64,000 nt of DNA, taken from assembly GCA_973895155.1 (NCBI GenBank), contig OZ316894.1:11153892-11217891 (forward strand). The letters are read 5' to 3'. The notes under the pieces were generated by a model. The model saw only the letters and a list, made by a program, of their open reading frames with translations. It was not told the origin of the DNA and did no database searches. The DNA is from Marsupella aquatica (taxonomy: Eukaryota > Plantae > Marchantiophyta). Shown piece by piece: positions 50,201-64,000 of this stretch (its first letter is position 1; every line of letters begins with the position of its first letter). The position numbers and the translations under genes were made by a program.

Positions 50201-51063
50201 CATGGATGAACATACACTTTTGAACCAAAAGAGATCACATGAGTTGAGAACCACTCAGTTGGATAATCATAATTGGTTGGGCATGGGTTTCAGACCAGTG
50301 ATTCCATACCAAATAGATCTTGAGCAAGTTGAGTCCCGTTTTGCTTCTCACTACAAATGCAGGACAGCTATTGTGCCCATGCCAAGGGCACGGGTTAATA
50401 TAAGCTGGTAAGTATTATACTATTGGAAATGTCAAAACATCCCCATGGTGTTACTATGAAGTAGGTACTATTTAACAAGTGTAGTCTCACAAAAGTAGGG
50501 AATTTATATATATTTGGCCCAACCTCAGCCCAAACTGTGGTGCCAATAATCTTCCATGCAACAATCTTTTGTGCATTACACGACCATCAAAGTTTCACAT
50601 TTTAGTCCGTAGATTGAACTCTTTGGCTTCCAAGTTGGCTTCTCTTTGTGTGGCTCTCAACTATCTTCCTCATCCACCCAACTTTTTTCTGCCCTCGTGT
50701 TTGTCCAACTATCCTTCGCTTCAAACTCTCGTCTTGATAGTTATAAATCAGCCCAAATTTGTCATTTGTCCAAACTGTCCAGAAATCTCAAATCCCAGCT
50801 GCATTGTCGCTGGTTCCTACTATCAGAGTCAACCCTTGAGTCAACCCTCCAAGGAAAAGTGTGCAATTTGAAGAAATCCCAAGAAAACATCCTTACTGTG
50901 CAGTTCAAATTTGTGTCAACCTATTCCTCAGCTTGCCCTCTATAAAGGATTGATTGCTAATCGTCCTTGTATCCTCCACTCCGGGCCTCCACATTCCCAA
51001 TAAATGCAACAATGGCAATCTGAGAAAGGCAAATGTATGCAGAACTTAATTTCCTGAGCAAAC

Positions 51064-51397
51064 TTTTAAAGTTATACTGGGCTGGGAAGTTGTCTGACTA
51101 AATCTGTCTAACATGTGGACAATATCACTCACCCTATGGAGACCGATTGACTACTGGCTCGGGCATGTGTGGGGTCTATAATTGTATGAGAAAAATATTA
51201 ACTAAAAATTCTGTCTGGAATTCTATTAGTGGAAAGAATAGTGGACTTAGTGAAGATTATAACTAACGGGCCTATAGTTCACTAAAGTTCTCTTGTATGT
51301 TCTCATGGATGTAGCTTCTGGTAAGGTGGATCACATATATCTTGTGTCGACTTACACACTTGCATGTTGTCTTAGAGTAGCAATCATGTGCTCAACA
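51064..51397 (+). mobile_element. Old solo LTR of the same copia lineage, opposite orientation
   Basis: CTCTTGTATGTTCTCATGGATGTAGC...AGGTGGATCACATATATCTTGTGTCGACT...GTGCTCAACA matches the reverse complement of the 344-bp LTR. Possible degenerate TSD CAAAC/AAAAC; the left boundary is uncertain. Confidence 0.7.
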
Positions 51398-54300
51398 AAA
51401 ACAACTTCAATTCATTTCTGCACTTATAACACGGCCACAACCACAACACTGCCGCAATGACCACCACTCAGAGAAAAATGACAACCATTCTGCAATGCCA
51501 ACTGTATGATGTACAGGCATTGGGTTTGCTCTTCAGTCTATAATTCTCCTCTCCCTGGGCACCAACTTCCTCCTGCCCTAAACAACAATAGAAACTTGTA
51601 GAGTAACTTGTTAAATGTACATACATGTACCAACCCCCATTCTGTCAATGTGGACAACCGGACACATCTATTCATAAGTCAAAAACCTTTCTTGAGAACA
51701 ACATGAATAGGCAATTTATTGGAGTGCCACCCCACTCCATTAATGTGGAGTGCAAGACATGCTCATACAGTAGTGATTATGTAGTTTATGATTCTCAATT
51801 GCAAAAAGTTATTTTCACTTGATGACTATTGCGGGTGGCCATAAAATATCCCCAATGAAAAGTTTTTGCATTCTACATATTTTGGTATTTTGCTTACAAC
51901 CAGCCAGAACATGTGCTCACGGCCAATCTCAACAGATTACACTGTTTTCCGGGGCATCTCCCCTCATAAAATGCTTTCAGACTAGCTGTGGAATTTAATT
52001 TCTTACCCTTTCCCACATATTTTTCCAGCCCACCACTATTGGGAAGTTGAAAATGAACACCACATGCCAATTGTTGTTAATTATTTAGTATTTGTGCAAA
52101 CCAGAACACCATGTGTACACAAACTATATGATCAGTATTGCTTTGAATTGAACCATAGATCTTACCCATCAACACCCAAGTCGACACCATGCCCAATTGC
52201 CCATCCGTCAGGAAAGAAAACTATGTTTTTGGTATTTTTCCCTTCCCATCAGACCAGAGGCTGGTGCAGTACAGGTACCTTTGATTTTTCCGTGTGGAGG
52301 GAAGCACACGAATTAAAACAACCAAAAACAAGAGTTGGAAGAAATCAAAATAAAAAATTGAAACACCAGGCGGAAAACACAAAAACAGAAAATGGCGCAA
52401 GACAAAACAAAGACAAAGAAAAAAGATTCACTCCCTTTTTATTGACCTTATTTAACCGAATCGGTCACTAAGCCTTTGGACTATGATCAAAGACTTTGGT
52501 TGCTTCTCTGCAAAATCTGTGTAACTGGCCTAGCCCCACCACAAAACATTTACACGGTCTACCTAGCTCGTGAAATATCAAAATCCTATTTAAGGGATAG
52601 ATCCCTACCGTCCATATGAAAGTCCCAGCTCAGGATCCCTTAAAACTTGGGCTAATTTGAAGTCTAAACTTATCAGCTCTATATATTTTGTTTCCCTTGC
52701 TATGAAAATGAAAACTTTTCAAGATTTGAACAGGGCCCAAGGAACCTCCTAAAAAGAGGACCATTCAGAATCAAGGCGCACTTACCTATTTTATGTGGTC
52801 ATAGGGAAAACTTTCCTGTAAGCTTAGGGTGCCTTACAAGAAGTTGGGGGCACTTGTGATTTTTTTCCACCAATTGAAGCATAGTGTAGGGCCACTTCTT
52901 GTTTTGAAACTACCCTACACCACATACCACAGTTCCTTTGAAATGAAGTTCAATATATGCAAATCACTTGATGTACCCTTTCCAGGGCGTTATGTACTGC
53001 CCCAAAAATGAGGGCATCACCCAAGTTCTGAGAGGCTAGTATTGCCAGTATTTACCTGGAACAAGGAGTTAGTACACTTTAACCCCTAAAAGATTTTTCA
53101 CTCCTATTATTTTTTCTGCACCTTTCTTCACACTTCAACACATACCTCAATTTTTGTGCAATTTCATATTTGACTTCTTTACCAAGAAACAAGTAGAGGA
53201 CAATCTCAAAATGCCCTTGGAGTGCATGTGATGAACAGTCTCTTCCAATAATGTTCAGAAATATACAAAGAGGGAAACATTTTGCAGGGATTTAAGGAGC
53301 CAAAGTTTGGACCACCTTTGGAGGTGGCCTAGAGTCCTAGTCAAAATGAATACTATACATCAGCATTCCTTGGGCCCATTCTTTGGGCCCATTGTTTGCC
53401 ATGTAGGAGCGATAGACACCCCCGGTTCCTGTAAAACCAACTGCAGCCGTTTCCTTTTGTTCCTTTCAATAGATGGTCCACAATAACCCTTAGAGAATCA
53501 AAAGAAACAATGGGTCCCAACTCTTGTAAAGCAACCCTCAGCTCCACGGCTGAAGTCTTGCCAAGTGGAACTAGATTCCATAGAAGTATGCAGTTCTGCT
53601 AACTATACCCTGAAATAATGCTTTTGTGATCTTGTCTTGCCTTTTGGTCGTGCCTGAGGTGGTGCAAAGTGGTTGGATTGTTTGGACCTTTAAAAGTAGA
53701 TTCCTGAGCTTACTGGCTTCCACTCCACCAGAAACAAGACCTTGTATTCGAAAATCCAAAAAATGGAGATTTTGGCGCCTGGAATTGTATGGGGCCTACT
53801 CCCTATCAAGTTCTCTAAACTACAATGACATCTAGTGCAATTCACTGGGATGTGTTCGATGCATGAAGCTAATTGCTTTCAAGTGATTTTTGTTCGAACA
53901 CTATGCCCTTTCTATTCGGGCAATTATGTCCAAAAGTTATGCTTCAATTAGAAAGTACTGGGTTTATTGTCCGCATACAGTCCTTATTTTTTGAGCAGAA
54001 ATATCTATCCTTAAATAAAAGAAACTAGGGCTAAAACTAGAATATAAAGCCCAGGGTGAAGGCCCCTACACTACAAGGACTGGGCCTTGTTTTGGGTGGA
54101 AAATAATAGCAAGGCATCTACAAAAGAAATATGTTGTTTGTTAGTCCCTATGGCTGTCCGCAGTGCACAATAATGCTTGCAATGAGGGGTTCACAACGCA
54201 TGGTAACCCTGCTTGGAAGAGGGTTTTTGCAAACTTTTAGCTTCAAGGTTTTTTGAAGGAATGTCTGCATAGGGATGAGAAAAAAACCAATGAGTGATGA

Positions 54301-56579
54301 GGCACGAGGATACTGTAGTGACAAGTGGACAAATTTGCGTGAAAGGCAATGTATAAATCACAGGGAGAAAATGAATATGAAAGTGAGAGAGGAGTGCACA
54401 AGGGAAATGACCTGGCAGGAACAGAAATTTTTGTCATCCCATTGCTGCAAAACTAGGTCTACTTCAATGATGGATGCTTGGGCCAAATCCACAATTGCCA
54501 TAGTACGTATGTTTTTAAGTGTTCAAATCTTGGGCAAGTCAAAAACAAAATTGTGTTTTTGTTGTGTTTCCAGGACCTGGAGTGAGTTGATTAACCATTC
54601 CACTGAGGGTATACAAAGGTTTAGACATGGCAAGAAACTATTGTAAATTTAGTTTTCAATTTGGATTAGGACATTTCGCTACCTTGCTTATCAATGTCCA
54701 AACTAAGATAGCTTGCAAAGTAAGATCCAGCAATTTTTGGCTCAAAGTAAACCAGCTTGATTACCCTGGTTCAAAATCCAAAGGTTGCACCCCCAGGTCT
54801 GCTCATCTTTTGCTCGTTCACACTCTAGCTTCTTGTCACTCAAAACACAGGAAAACAAGATTGCCCCTTTTCTTCCATTTTGCTTCCTATTCCTTGTTAT
54901 TTTGGTTGAAAACCAATTATGGTAATCTGGTATTACCAGGACCAGAGGGGAGTGACACTCATGGTTTCACTCATTATTTCTAACACAGCCAAACCTGCCC
55001 TAAAGTGGCTTTCTGCCCTGAAGTACCTAATACATTCCAAAACTGAGAAAATAAACACCCTGAAAATCCAGAAACAGAATAGGCAAGCCACTAAGAGGAA
55101 ATGAGAGGCAAACTGATTTGAAAGAATATCAAATTTGAGGTAATTTGCACAAAGAAATGAAGTGTTGGGTGAAGTAACTCTATTGCAAAGTACTCCAAGA
55201 TCGTTTCAACGATGTGCTTAGTTTGTCAACGCATCAAACAGAACTAAAGTTTCTTGTCAGGATAGTGATTGTCACGTACTCACTCACTCCTGTTTATGTA
55301 GCGTAAAGGTCAAAGGCATCACATATGGCATACTTTTGCAATGAGCAAAATATGTTCAGAGCTAGTGATGACAAAATCATTACTGGTTGAAGCGATGCTA
55401 AAACTTTGGGCATAAGCTCTGGAGTTGGAAACGTGTGGCGAGCTCCGTTGGGCGCTCAAATTTTACCACTATGGTACGCCATACCAGAGAAGACCCACAA
55501 ATCGGATGTGAATCCAAGATGCCAATGGCAACTGCAAATGACAGATTGTCTCGGCGAGAGAAATCTTCCTGTGAGGAGGCCATTCAGAAGGTGAGATTGT
55601 GTTTTGTGTTTGAGACAAGAGCTCTGATGCTTATTTGATTTTGGGAACAATATCTTAGCCAAGACTAGCACTAAGATCTAAGAAGATGTTCTTCGCAAAC
55701 GTGTTTGGATGCCCAAGACCTTCAAAACACAATTGCATTTTTGTAGATAATCATTTTGTCTGAGGATGTTCAGTAGAACGATAGAAAGAGAACGAGAAAT
55801 GCACAAAATATTGCTTCCCTTATTTGTTCCAGCTTTGGCGCCCTAATTTTGTTTTGAAACGGTTAAAGGATTAAAAGAAGACGATTAGATGTCCACAATG
55901 GAAGAAATTAATGTCAGCACTTCGCATCTCAACTAAGTGTGATTGCCCTGTTTGTGCAATGGCAAGACTGATGACTTTGTCTGTTGCCTACAATTTTCTG
56001 TCCATACAGACTAGAATTGTTGAAAGAAAGTTAGCAAGAGAGACCCAACCTAAATTCTCTAACATAGCTCCGTTTGGGAACGAGGCTCTTTACAATATAC
56101 AATCTATAGCTTAAGATTTGTTGACAGAATTCAAAACGATTTCTTACTTATTGATAATCACATAGAAACACAGTTGTTTTAGGGAATTAGTTTGATTCTT
56201 ATTCTGATCGGTGGTATTTGCATCTTGAATCAGGTGGACTAATATGAAGTGATTCAAATCAACTTGGAAGTTATATACTTCAATGTCTACCGACAGTGCT
56301 ACAGCTGAATAAGCACAAAACTAAATTGACAGGACTCAATCTTGTCTGTGAAGGAGAAGCAGTCGTCATCAAGTTTCGTCGCCTGTGTCTATTTTGGAGG
56401 AAATTTTGACAATATGCTTGAACCCTTTCAGTAATTTTCGCTTGAGGCAAACATGAGATAAAATCCTAAAACATGAGATAAAGTCCTAACAGGGAGGTCA
56501 ATATTCAAGACCTTTAAGAGCTAGAATTGGAGAGCCATTTGTTAACTGCCAACCGACGAGTCCTAGTGAGGGAGCCATC

Positions 56580-59500
56580 ATGGCAAGTGAAGGTCCACAA
56601 AGTCCAACACCAAGCGAAGCTGCAATGGCAGCAGCAGTAGCAGAACGACTGATGAGCACAACCCCTTCCACCACTGAAGGCACAGGAGGGGCCAAAAAAT
56701 CTTCGGATCAAGCACCACAATCTGCCAGCAACACAACCAGCTCATTTGGCCTCTCATTGCCGTTGCGAGAAAATAGCAAAAACCAGTTCAATTTGGCCAA
56801 AGCTCGTGCAGATGCTGCAGCAGCAGCAGCCGCTGCTGCAGCTGGAATTGCTGGATCTCTTAGCTCTACATATCGATCCCGCAGACAATCTGGCAGCTCG
56901 CAAGTCTCACTCTCCTCAAAGTACCTCACCATTACATCTCTCTGTGCTCTTTGCTCTTCGCCTCATATTCTTTCTTTCGGTCCCCCTACATTATTATCTG
57001 TTATCAGAGTTATAAACGGTTCACTCCTTCTCATATCCATCCAAGAATTGATTGCTGAACTTAGGATTTTGAGACACAGATTTCCAAGCCAAGATATAGA
57101 TCATCTTTGAAATTGGTGCCCTTGCCTAGATCGTATTTCATATGTTCATAACTCGTCCCTTTCTGTAAAATGAAAATATTCTACAGATCGACTCTATTCC
57201 AATTTGACATGAGCGTCTTGGTAAAAATCATTCTCAAGTCTTTCCCCCTCATCATAGTTAAATTGCTATCCAAATCTGTCCTACAATCTTGTTCTTATAT
57301 TATGACGCAATTTTGGACAGATCAATATGCAAAGACGACAGCTCTGGAACCCTTATCTTCATTTCCAGTCAATCTTAAGTGCCAATCTTCACCAAAACAT
57401 TCATATAGCCTTGGAAGTGAGCTCAACTTTGATAGTACACTGAATCTTTGTTTGTCAAATGCTTGTGACAGAGCAAGCCATAGATCAGGGGGAGCACGCC
57501 CACAAAAACGCCGCACCAAAAAAATTGGTGATGTTGCAACTGGAGAAAATGTGCAGGTAGAGTGTTTATCAACAGTGTATTCATTAACTAAATAATCCTC
57601 TTACAAGAACTTTTCTCTTTTGTTTTGTGTAAAAAACTTTAACGATAGTTTGTGACTTGGCATTCGATTGAGGGTGCAAATTGTAACCTATATTATCTAA
57701 CTTTAGTAGGCATCGTCTCTAATTTCAACTAGAATTATTTATTGTTGGAAACTATGTATACCCGTCCACAGAAGGTCATTATCTTCTAGTTGTGGAGCTA
57801 AAATATTGATTGTCTAGAAGAATGTTTTGTACTGGACAGTTCATGTGAGGAGTTTGGGTTGAGAGCTGTGAAACGTAAATTAAGCATGACAGTGGCCATC
57901 ACAATGGGGGAATTTTTCAAACAGAAAACTAGGAAACTACATCCTAAGCTCTTTCACAAATTTATTTCATATGTAGCTAGGGCATAACAGAAAAACTTAA
58001 TCAGAAAACGTATTTAGTGAATGTTCTTAGGTTGCAATGTCCAAATCTTTCGATTTCGTTTCCCTAGCGTAGGAGTTGATCAAGCTGCTTTTACTCCCAC
58101 GAGAAAAAATGAAATTCAACTAAGGAAGCCATAAAAAATTTGGCAGTTGGGCAGGTGTACGATGAGAGTGGAAAAGATGTCACTCCAAAGCCTTTGGTTA
58201 GTTTAAAGCCAACTGTCCTCGCATACGAGAAAATATCACAAACTACTGCTGGTCGACTATCTGGCCAAGGAACCCCTGCAAACATGTCAACAGATCGATC
58301 TCTTCAAAGTTGTAGGTGCGATCTCTTGTCTCGAAGAACAAATTTGATACTGAAAGTGACTTTGATTTCTAGATGAGCTAGTGGAAGCCAGAAAATGTAT
58401 TTTTAGAAATATGATTATACTGCAAAGCAAAATTAATTTGATGGGGCCACCGGCTTCTCCATCCGTGTGTATCTTTAGGAGATTCGTTAGTTGTGATAAC
58501 AATCATTTTCCTGCACTCCTTGGGCTTTGAATCTTACTGACCTTGGTACAGTTTCACCACTCTCAGTTTGGTCTGACTACAGGGCGCCAATAGAATGTCG
58601 TGAGGCACAGTAATTATGTTAGTATATTAGTGAAAAGTCAGAATGGTCTGTATTCAGATTCGGAGCTTCTTCAAGCAAGTTCTTTTTGGAAATTTTTGGA
58701 TGATTGGTAAATCAAGATAATTAGCCTCAGTTACACCTGTATCCGCAACTTAGTTTACATGCAGCACGTACCCTCCTTTACAAGAGAATGAATTTCACCA
58801 CTCAAACGATGATGGCAGGCGAGATGGCAGGTCGTCACGTAGGTCATAGAGAGGGAGAGCTGTGCAACAAGTGTCATTGTTATATGTCTAATAGGACACT
58901 CAATAACAGATTCTGCACCGCAATCAATTTTGAGATCTCACACCGACATATGTGAATAAATACTGAAGTTAAGTTCAGTTGTCCATCTCTAAAAATAACC
59001 AGTACAGACTGACTGTTAGTGTTAAAGAACCATGGAATGATCAGAAGCCTATTGCTTGATCTTGACCTTATAAAACACATCAAAGTCCACAAAAACATAC
59101 GCACACCTACCTAGACGAGAACCTGAAACTTACGAGGTTGTGCTGGCTGGTGTTGATATTGCTCTCACGTGGTCAAACAAAAGTTTGTGACAAGTTTCCT
59201 GGTGAACAGTCGGACAGGGTACTCAATCACTAGTAGTGCTGGAAGCTTAACTCCAGAGACAGTGGAAGGAGATGAGGCCGACCACGATGATGGCGGCATG
59301 TCTGTGAAATCGAGGTCCCTCATGGGGACGTCCATTGGCATTCCGGATACCCCAAAGATCATTCACATATTGATGGCTCCGATTAATATGCCGGTGACAG
59401 AAAAGGTAGGTTGGGTTCTTCTCTCTTCAAAGGCATTCTACCATATAGAAACAATGCTGAAACATTAACTTAATGAAGTGCCCGAAAGCTATGCTTTGTG

Positions 59501-62500
59501 ACATCCTTGAACTTTGTAATGTGATTTCACAGCCAAACAGAGGACGGGTCGGAGAGATTCCCTAACAGTTTCGAAATTGGCAGCTGATAGATAAGAATTC
59601 ATGTAGTGAGGGGAATTCATTAAATTGTGTTGTAAGTCTTACAATTGACCTACAAGTGCAGGAAAAAGAGAAAATTGTTTATGTGTTCTTACATGAGAGC
59701 GAGAGCTTCGAGTTATTCAATGTCAAAGGAGCGAACTTCAACGCTGCCTATGAGTGTTGTACAAGGGCACTGGAGCGAAATGCCAAATACGAAGCCCTCC
59801 TCCAAGTAAGCAGAGCAATTTGATATGGGCCGAGAATTAAAAGAAGCAACCTTTGGCCTCTTAAGATCTCATCCCGAACACAGCCACTTTGAAACGAGTT
59901 CTGTCAGCGCTTTGTTGTAGGGCTAAATTGTAATACAATGATTACTGAGATGTCCCTTTTGTGATGAAACCAGTGAAGTTATCGTTGGCTAACGTTGTGT
60001 AACTTGAAGTCTATCTTACATAGCTTACATGAGTCATTGCGCCACAATGGTTAATATTCGTCTTTTGTGGCAGCTCAAACAAGGAAGTGACAATTACAAT
60101 CAGGCCTATGCTCAAACTTTAGTTCTGCTTTTGAAGAACAAGGAGATACAGGCTTCGGCCTCTTCAATGCAGTCTGTTGCAACCCAGGTAAATATCTATC
60201 ATAACCCAATTTGTTTCTTTCTGTCCTTGCTCTTTGTCCTGCGGACACGAGGTACACGATGTCATGAGTCAGTTTCAATTCCATGTATGACAACGATTGC
60301 TTTGCTTATTGCCCGACCGATTGATGAAACCATTCCTTGTTTGCCGCACAGATCGAAGGTTCTCTCTTAAAAATATCGAGTAGAATAATATTTGCGATTG
60401 TCAGATAGATAGATCCAGGGTGCATTGCGTCCACACTAATATATCTTTCACCGGTTGAGAAGTAATGTGACTTTTTTTCACCTTCCCCGCTCTTCTTTAC
60501 ACTTATTTAAGCACCATCAGAAGAATGAAGCTGTTCATTTCTTCGATGTACCTGGGCTCGAGTCCTCGGAGGCTTCACAAGCATTAAAATGACGCCATGC
60601 TGATATCGTGTTTGAGATGCATTGAAGAAACCTTCGCTTATATAATTTTGTATAAACGATAACTTTTGGCTAAATTTGACTTCTCCAGCGATACTACACA
60701 GAATGTCCGTGATGTGGATAATATGACTGAGTATATTGGATATGTGGGTCCGAAAGTATCTCCTGAAAATCTTCTGATATGTACTATGCTCAACAGCTGC
60801 AGTCTCTTTCAAATGTCAATTCTAAACATTTCCAAGTGTGTGCACAATAATGGGATATTTTTATTTGTGTTGCGATATAACTCACTGTTTGATACATAGA
60901 TTTGAACTTACCATTTGTGCTAGGCCAATGTGTGGGATATATATGACACAATCACAGGACAAAAGCAATCGGATATTGCTGACCCTTGGACTATAGCACA
61001 AGGTCGAAGGCAAGCTGAGCAAGCAGCCGCCGATGCTGCCCTTGTTCCAACTAATATGCCCAAGGTTTTCGGTTCTGAGGATGGGCCAAACATGCCAACC
61101 CCTATACTTTCAAGTCCCGAGGTGTGCAAACTAATCTGTTTCTTAGGCAGTTAAAGTGCTCCAAATTCTGAACAAATCTTGTTCAGTTAACTTGAAAATC
61201 AAGTTTGAGATTCTGGTATTTTTAATGTTTTTCATTATGGTGTTGAAACTTGCTCACAAAACAAGGTCAGGGGCCAAAGCTTATTCACTTAGAATAAACA
61301 AACCCATTCATTAAACAAGGGGCTAAATGCAAAGGGAGTGAACTGAGCCTAGAAGCGACAAAGATAACGTGCAGATGAAATCTGTACACTCAGAAAAATG
61401 TAATGAAAAGTCCCCAATAGAGTCAAAATACTAGTGGTCAATTTGATGATGGAGTATGAGCTATAAATCAATTTGTCTGTAAATGACTTGAATGTTCATA
61501 TGAAATGGGAATAAGTGACTATGCACAGCTTTTTCCAAACTTGCATTAAACCTATTTTGCACTATAATTGATGGCTTGGGATGGTGGGTAGCCTTCTCGA
61601 AGACCATCAACACTAGAAGGAGCCTCTAGGCGAGGATCTCAGTCTGGAAAACTCTCTCGAAGACCATCTACAAGTGGAAAGGGTTCTCGACGAGGTTCCA
61701 CAACAAGTGGTCAATTATCTAGAAGGCAATCTACCACAGCAAGCCTTCAGGTGGAGGATTTGTTTGGCAAACGTCCAGGTGTTGTCGGAAGTAGCAGTGG
61801 TGGCGATGTTCAAGGTGGTAGTGATGGTGTTCTTACTTCTAGAGCGCGTGTGTTTGATGGTGACATTTCGAAGTTGACAAACCTTGGAAAGGCAATCCAA
61901 GTTGCTGAAAGAGCCTTGGTCCAGAATGCATACCATAATAAGGTATGTAGTGCTGAGTGTGACTCTTGCCCAATAATACAAAAACTCAACGAAACACAGA
62001 GAGGTCTATGGTCTCGGGTGTTAAAACAATTTCAAGGTTGCCTAAGTAGATAAAAACATATTTATTTCCAGACGACTTTCATTTCATTTCACTATTTTGG
62101 ACCAAGTTTGTATATACTATATGCTGTACTAAACAACCGTAACTGCCTCCCTATTGATCATGTAATTATTTTCCAATTTTTGTATACATCTTCTAAATGT
62201 TTGATTGGGAGTTTTATCTACGTCGACTGCAGTTGCTTGCCTACAAAGATTTTAGGCCTCAAGAAACGCCAATAGTTGAGGTTCCACAAGACGAGCCGTC
62301 AGCAGCAGAAGCAGACGCAGATGCAGAAAACCAGGCGAAGACCCTAGCACCTGGACCACCTCCAAAGAAAGATGGCCCATCTCCTTCAACACCATCTTCA
62401 CCTGTACCTTCACCTCCCCCTCAAGGTCCACCCGTTGAACAAAATGCAGCAGAAGCTACTGTTGCTGTATCAATATCTCAAACAGATCCATCAGACCAGG

Positions 62501-63760
62501 AGGTGAAATGGCTATGGGATTACACATGTGATCTCACCGAAGGCAAAAATATCAGTTGCATGTGTTGGAATAAGGTATTGTAGCAGTCAATGGTATTACA
62601 CAGCTTCATTACATGCCCCATCATGCGATAGCCTTACCAGAAAGTAAAAAATTTCCAAACAATTTCACACACGAATATTAACTCACAAGACTATTTCTGC
62701 GGGGCTCATATTTTCAAATGTTGACTGTCATGTTATATGTGAAGTAGATTTCTCTGACTTGTAGTCCAAATTGGGCATTTTGTATTTTTAAATGTTTCTA
62801 TGCCATAACTGAGACACTTAACACCAACTGGTACCCGTGTAATCTATCTAATCATCTTTTATTATCACTACAAACATCCAAGGAACATGAACCGCAGATG
62901 TTTCAGATTGTAGCAACTTGAATGGGCTTAGAATCGCGATGTATCATTTAAATCTGCACGTCTTGGAAAGCCCAGGTGGCCGGCGTGAGGGCAGAGTGTG
63001 AATGGAGTTGTCTTCCATGTTTCCAGGTGAACAAGGATTTGTTGACAGTGGGCTACGGACAGTACGAGTTTGGAGCTCAGAAAGGTGGTATGGTTGCATT
63101 TTGGTCGATTAAAAATCCACGATACCCATTAGCAACCATCATTTGCAAGTCTGATGTTACTGCAATTGATTTTTCCACTTCTACCCCAACTCTTCTTGCA
63201 GGTAGGAACTTCTACACCAGCTGAAAAATGTGAAGTATATTGTTACTTGAATGAATTTTTGTACTCCTTCAAAGCCTACACAAAAGATTCGATTCTGAAA
63301 ATCTATTCAAAACACATAATTTTGGATGAATGAAGTCCCAGTTTAATGTTAATGTTAACTCCAATATCAATGAAAGCTAAAACAAACAATGATAACTGAA
63401 TGATAGTTTAATGCCTTTGTGAACAAAACCGCACAGCAAAGAAACTGCTTCTCTATTACTGCCTTGGCTCATGCACGACCTTTAAGCCTTATTGAGCATC
63501 TAACCATAAGCCACGATCAGCAGCTGCAATGATTTTGTTTGTACATCTGTGTGTAGTTGGCTTTTACAATGGAATCTTGGCAATATACGATACGAGAAAT
63601 CCCAAAGACATGCAACCTGTGGTACAAAGTGGAATGAATACGGGCAGACACGAAGATCCCATATGGAAAGTGGAGTGGATTGATTCAAGCTCTGAGCATG
63701 GAGAGTCTTTAGTATCTATCTCCACAGATGGTCGGGTATCTCAATGGTTTCTCAAGAAGG
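56580..63760 (+). CDS. DNAI4: WD-repeat axonemal dynein intermediate chain WDR78/DNAI4 (IC138-like), multi-exon, 3' end beyond the window
   Basis: Exons include 56580-56920, 57472-57556, 58155-58315 (VYDESGKDVTPKPL), 58765-58842, 59210-59405, 59662-59805, ~60074-60187, ~60924-61121, one ending ~61942 (AERALVQNAYHNK), ~62233-62574 (WLWDYTCDLTEGKNISCMCWNK), ~63028-63201 (DLLTVGYGQYEF..FWSIKNP) and ~63557-63760 (HEDPIWKVEW...LVSISTDGRVSQW). The motifs match WDR78. Confidence 0.9.
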
Positions 63761-64000
63761 TACCTACAACAATGCATCCGGAGTGTGTCCTGTGGTTTTT
63801 GAGCAATTAAACAGTGAACAATCTGCACCGTTGTATGAGAAGAAAGCGGTTCAGAAAAATCCTCAATTACTTGCCGCACTGGTGGTATGAATACTATGGT
63901 ATTCACTTGAGCTTTGCTTATGGACTAATCAAACAGGAAACTTGGATTAAGGAAACTTGAAACTTGTCAAGGACTACCTTTGTCAGTTAGTATTCGCAAA

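Noticed and set aside
50045-50300. PPT-like GGGGGAT followed by TG, suggesting another LTR
   Set aside because: No matching second LTR, clear end or TSD found by eye.

Overview
Eukaryotic nuclear DNA from a land plant with flagellated sperm. It has GT-AG introns, plant-type AP2/ERF, CYP71-clan and REF/SRPP genes, and an axonemal inner-arm dynein intermediate chain; a bryophyte such as a liverwort is an inference. Apparently intact genes: an intronless ERF-VII-like transcription factor lacking the Met-Cys N-degron (4806-5915, -), a two-exon cytochrome P450 (21331-23154, -), tRNA-Gln(CTG) (34772-34843, +), a four-exon REF/SRPP(LDAP)-like gene with an acidic tail (37217-39603, -) and the 5' part of a WDR78/DNAI4 (IC138-like) gene (56580 to beyond the window, +). 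A disrupted PGAP4/TMEM246-like glycosyltransferase lies at ~18440-19530 (-). Mobile DNA: a full-length, young but defective Ty1/copia element (42359-49523) with a nested 287-bp TIR element, two related solo LTRs, a Mutator-like element with GAGATA ends and 9-bp TSD, a TA-flanked pogo-like relic, several MITE-like elements, tandem arrays and a perfect 53-bp-stem hairpin. All homology calls come from motif recognition by eye; no searches were run.
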